Below are positions 63,701 to 64,000 of a DNA stretch of 64,000 nt, one piece after another. This stretch comes from Camelus dromedarius. Lineage: Eukaryota. The notes below the pieces were generated by a model. That model saw only the letters and a list, made by a program, of their open reading frames with translations, did no database searches and was not told where the DNA came from. The DNA lies in assembly GCF_036321535.1 (NCBI RefSeq), contig NC_087447.1:38876001-38940000 (forward strand). The letters are read 5' to 3'. Positions within the stretch are counted from its first letter, which is position 1, and the number at the start of each line of letters is the position of its first letter. The position numbers and the translations under genes are program-made.

Positions 63701-64000
63701 TTTCTGAGAGAAGGTTTTCCCCTTAAACTTAAAGAAAACATGGTGTTTGGGGGGACAATGCATAAATAAAGTAAAAGTTCTCTTTGAACCTGACATTAAA
63801 GAGAAAAAAAATCAAAATTTCAGTCATGCTTTGACAATACCTGTTACTCTCAGATATTTACACTATAAATTCTAAGGTAAAACAATTTTATTTTACCACC
63901 ACTTATTATGACTGAGATTTAATGAGAGACTATAAATAGATGAATGACTTTCTTACTGCATAATGGTTGTGGAAAACATCCAATTATTTCTCAGGTTACT

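Overview
Mammalian genomic DNA, most likely a camelid (camel, alpaca or llama), judged from two tRNA-Ala-derived vic-1-type SINEs and artiodactyl-type L1 3' ends. The only protein-coding gene is the 3' end of FAR1 (fatty acyl-CoA reductase 1) on the minus strand. Its last two coding exons are 61750-61877 and 59846-60008, followed by a ~3.6 kb AU-rich 3'UTR with no recognisable transposable element (TE), probably ending near 56250. The supplied ORF track misses both exons. Its ORFs look like noise, except 10823-11047, which is a fossil hAT transposase. Positions 1-56000 are intergenic DNA downstream of FAR1, densely layered with old TEs (L1, L2, CR1/L3, MIR, MaLR/ERV LTRs, hAT and Tigger DNA transposons), many of them nested. 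I see no evidence for a new multi-gene biological system. Three signals stand out. (1) A 1.3 kb L1 5' end (promoter plus ORF1 start, no 3' end or tail) flanked by a target-site duplication (TSD), which has kept about 50 CpGs. (2) Candidate FAR1 poly(A) signals embedded in perfect inverted repeats that read as signals on both strands. (3) A divergently oriented cluster of CTCF motifs. Repeat family names come from my recollection of consensus sequences. Repeat boundaries without a TSD are approximate.
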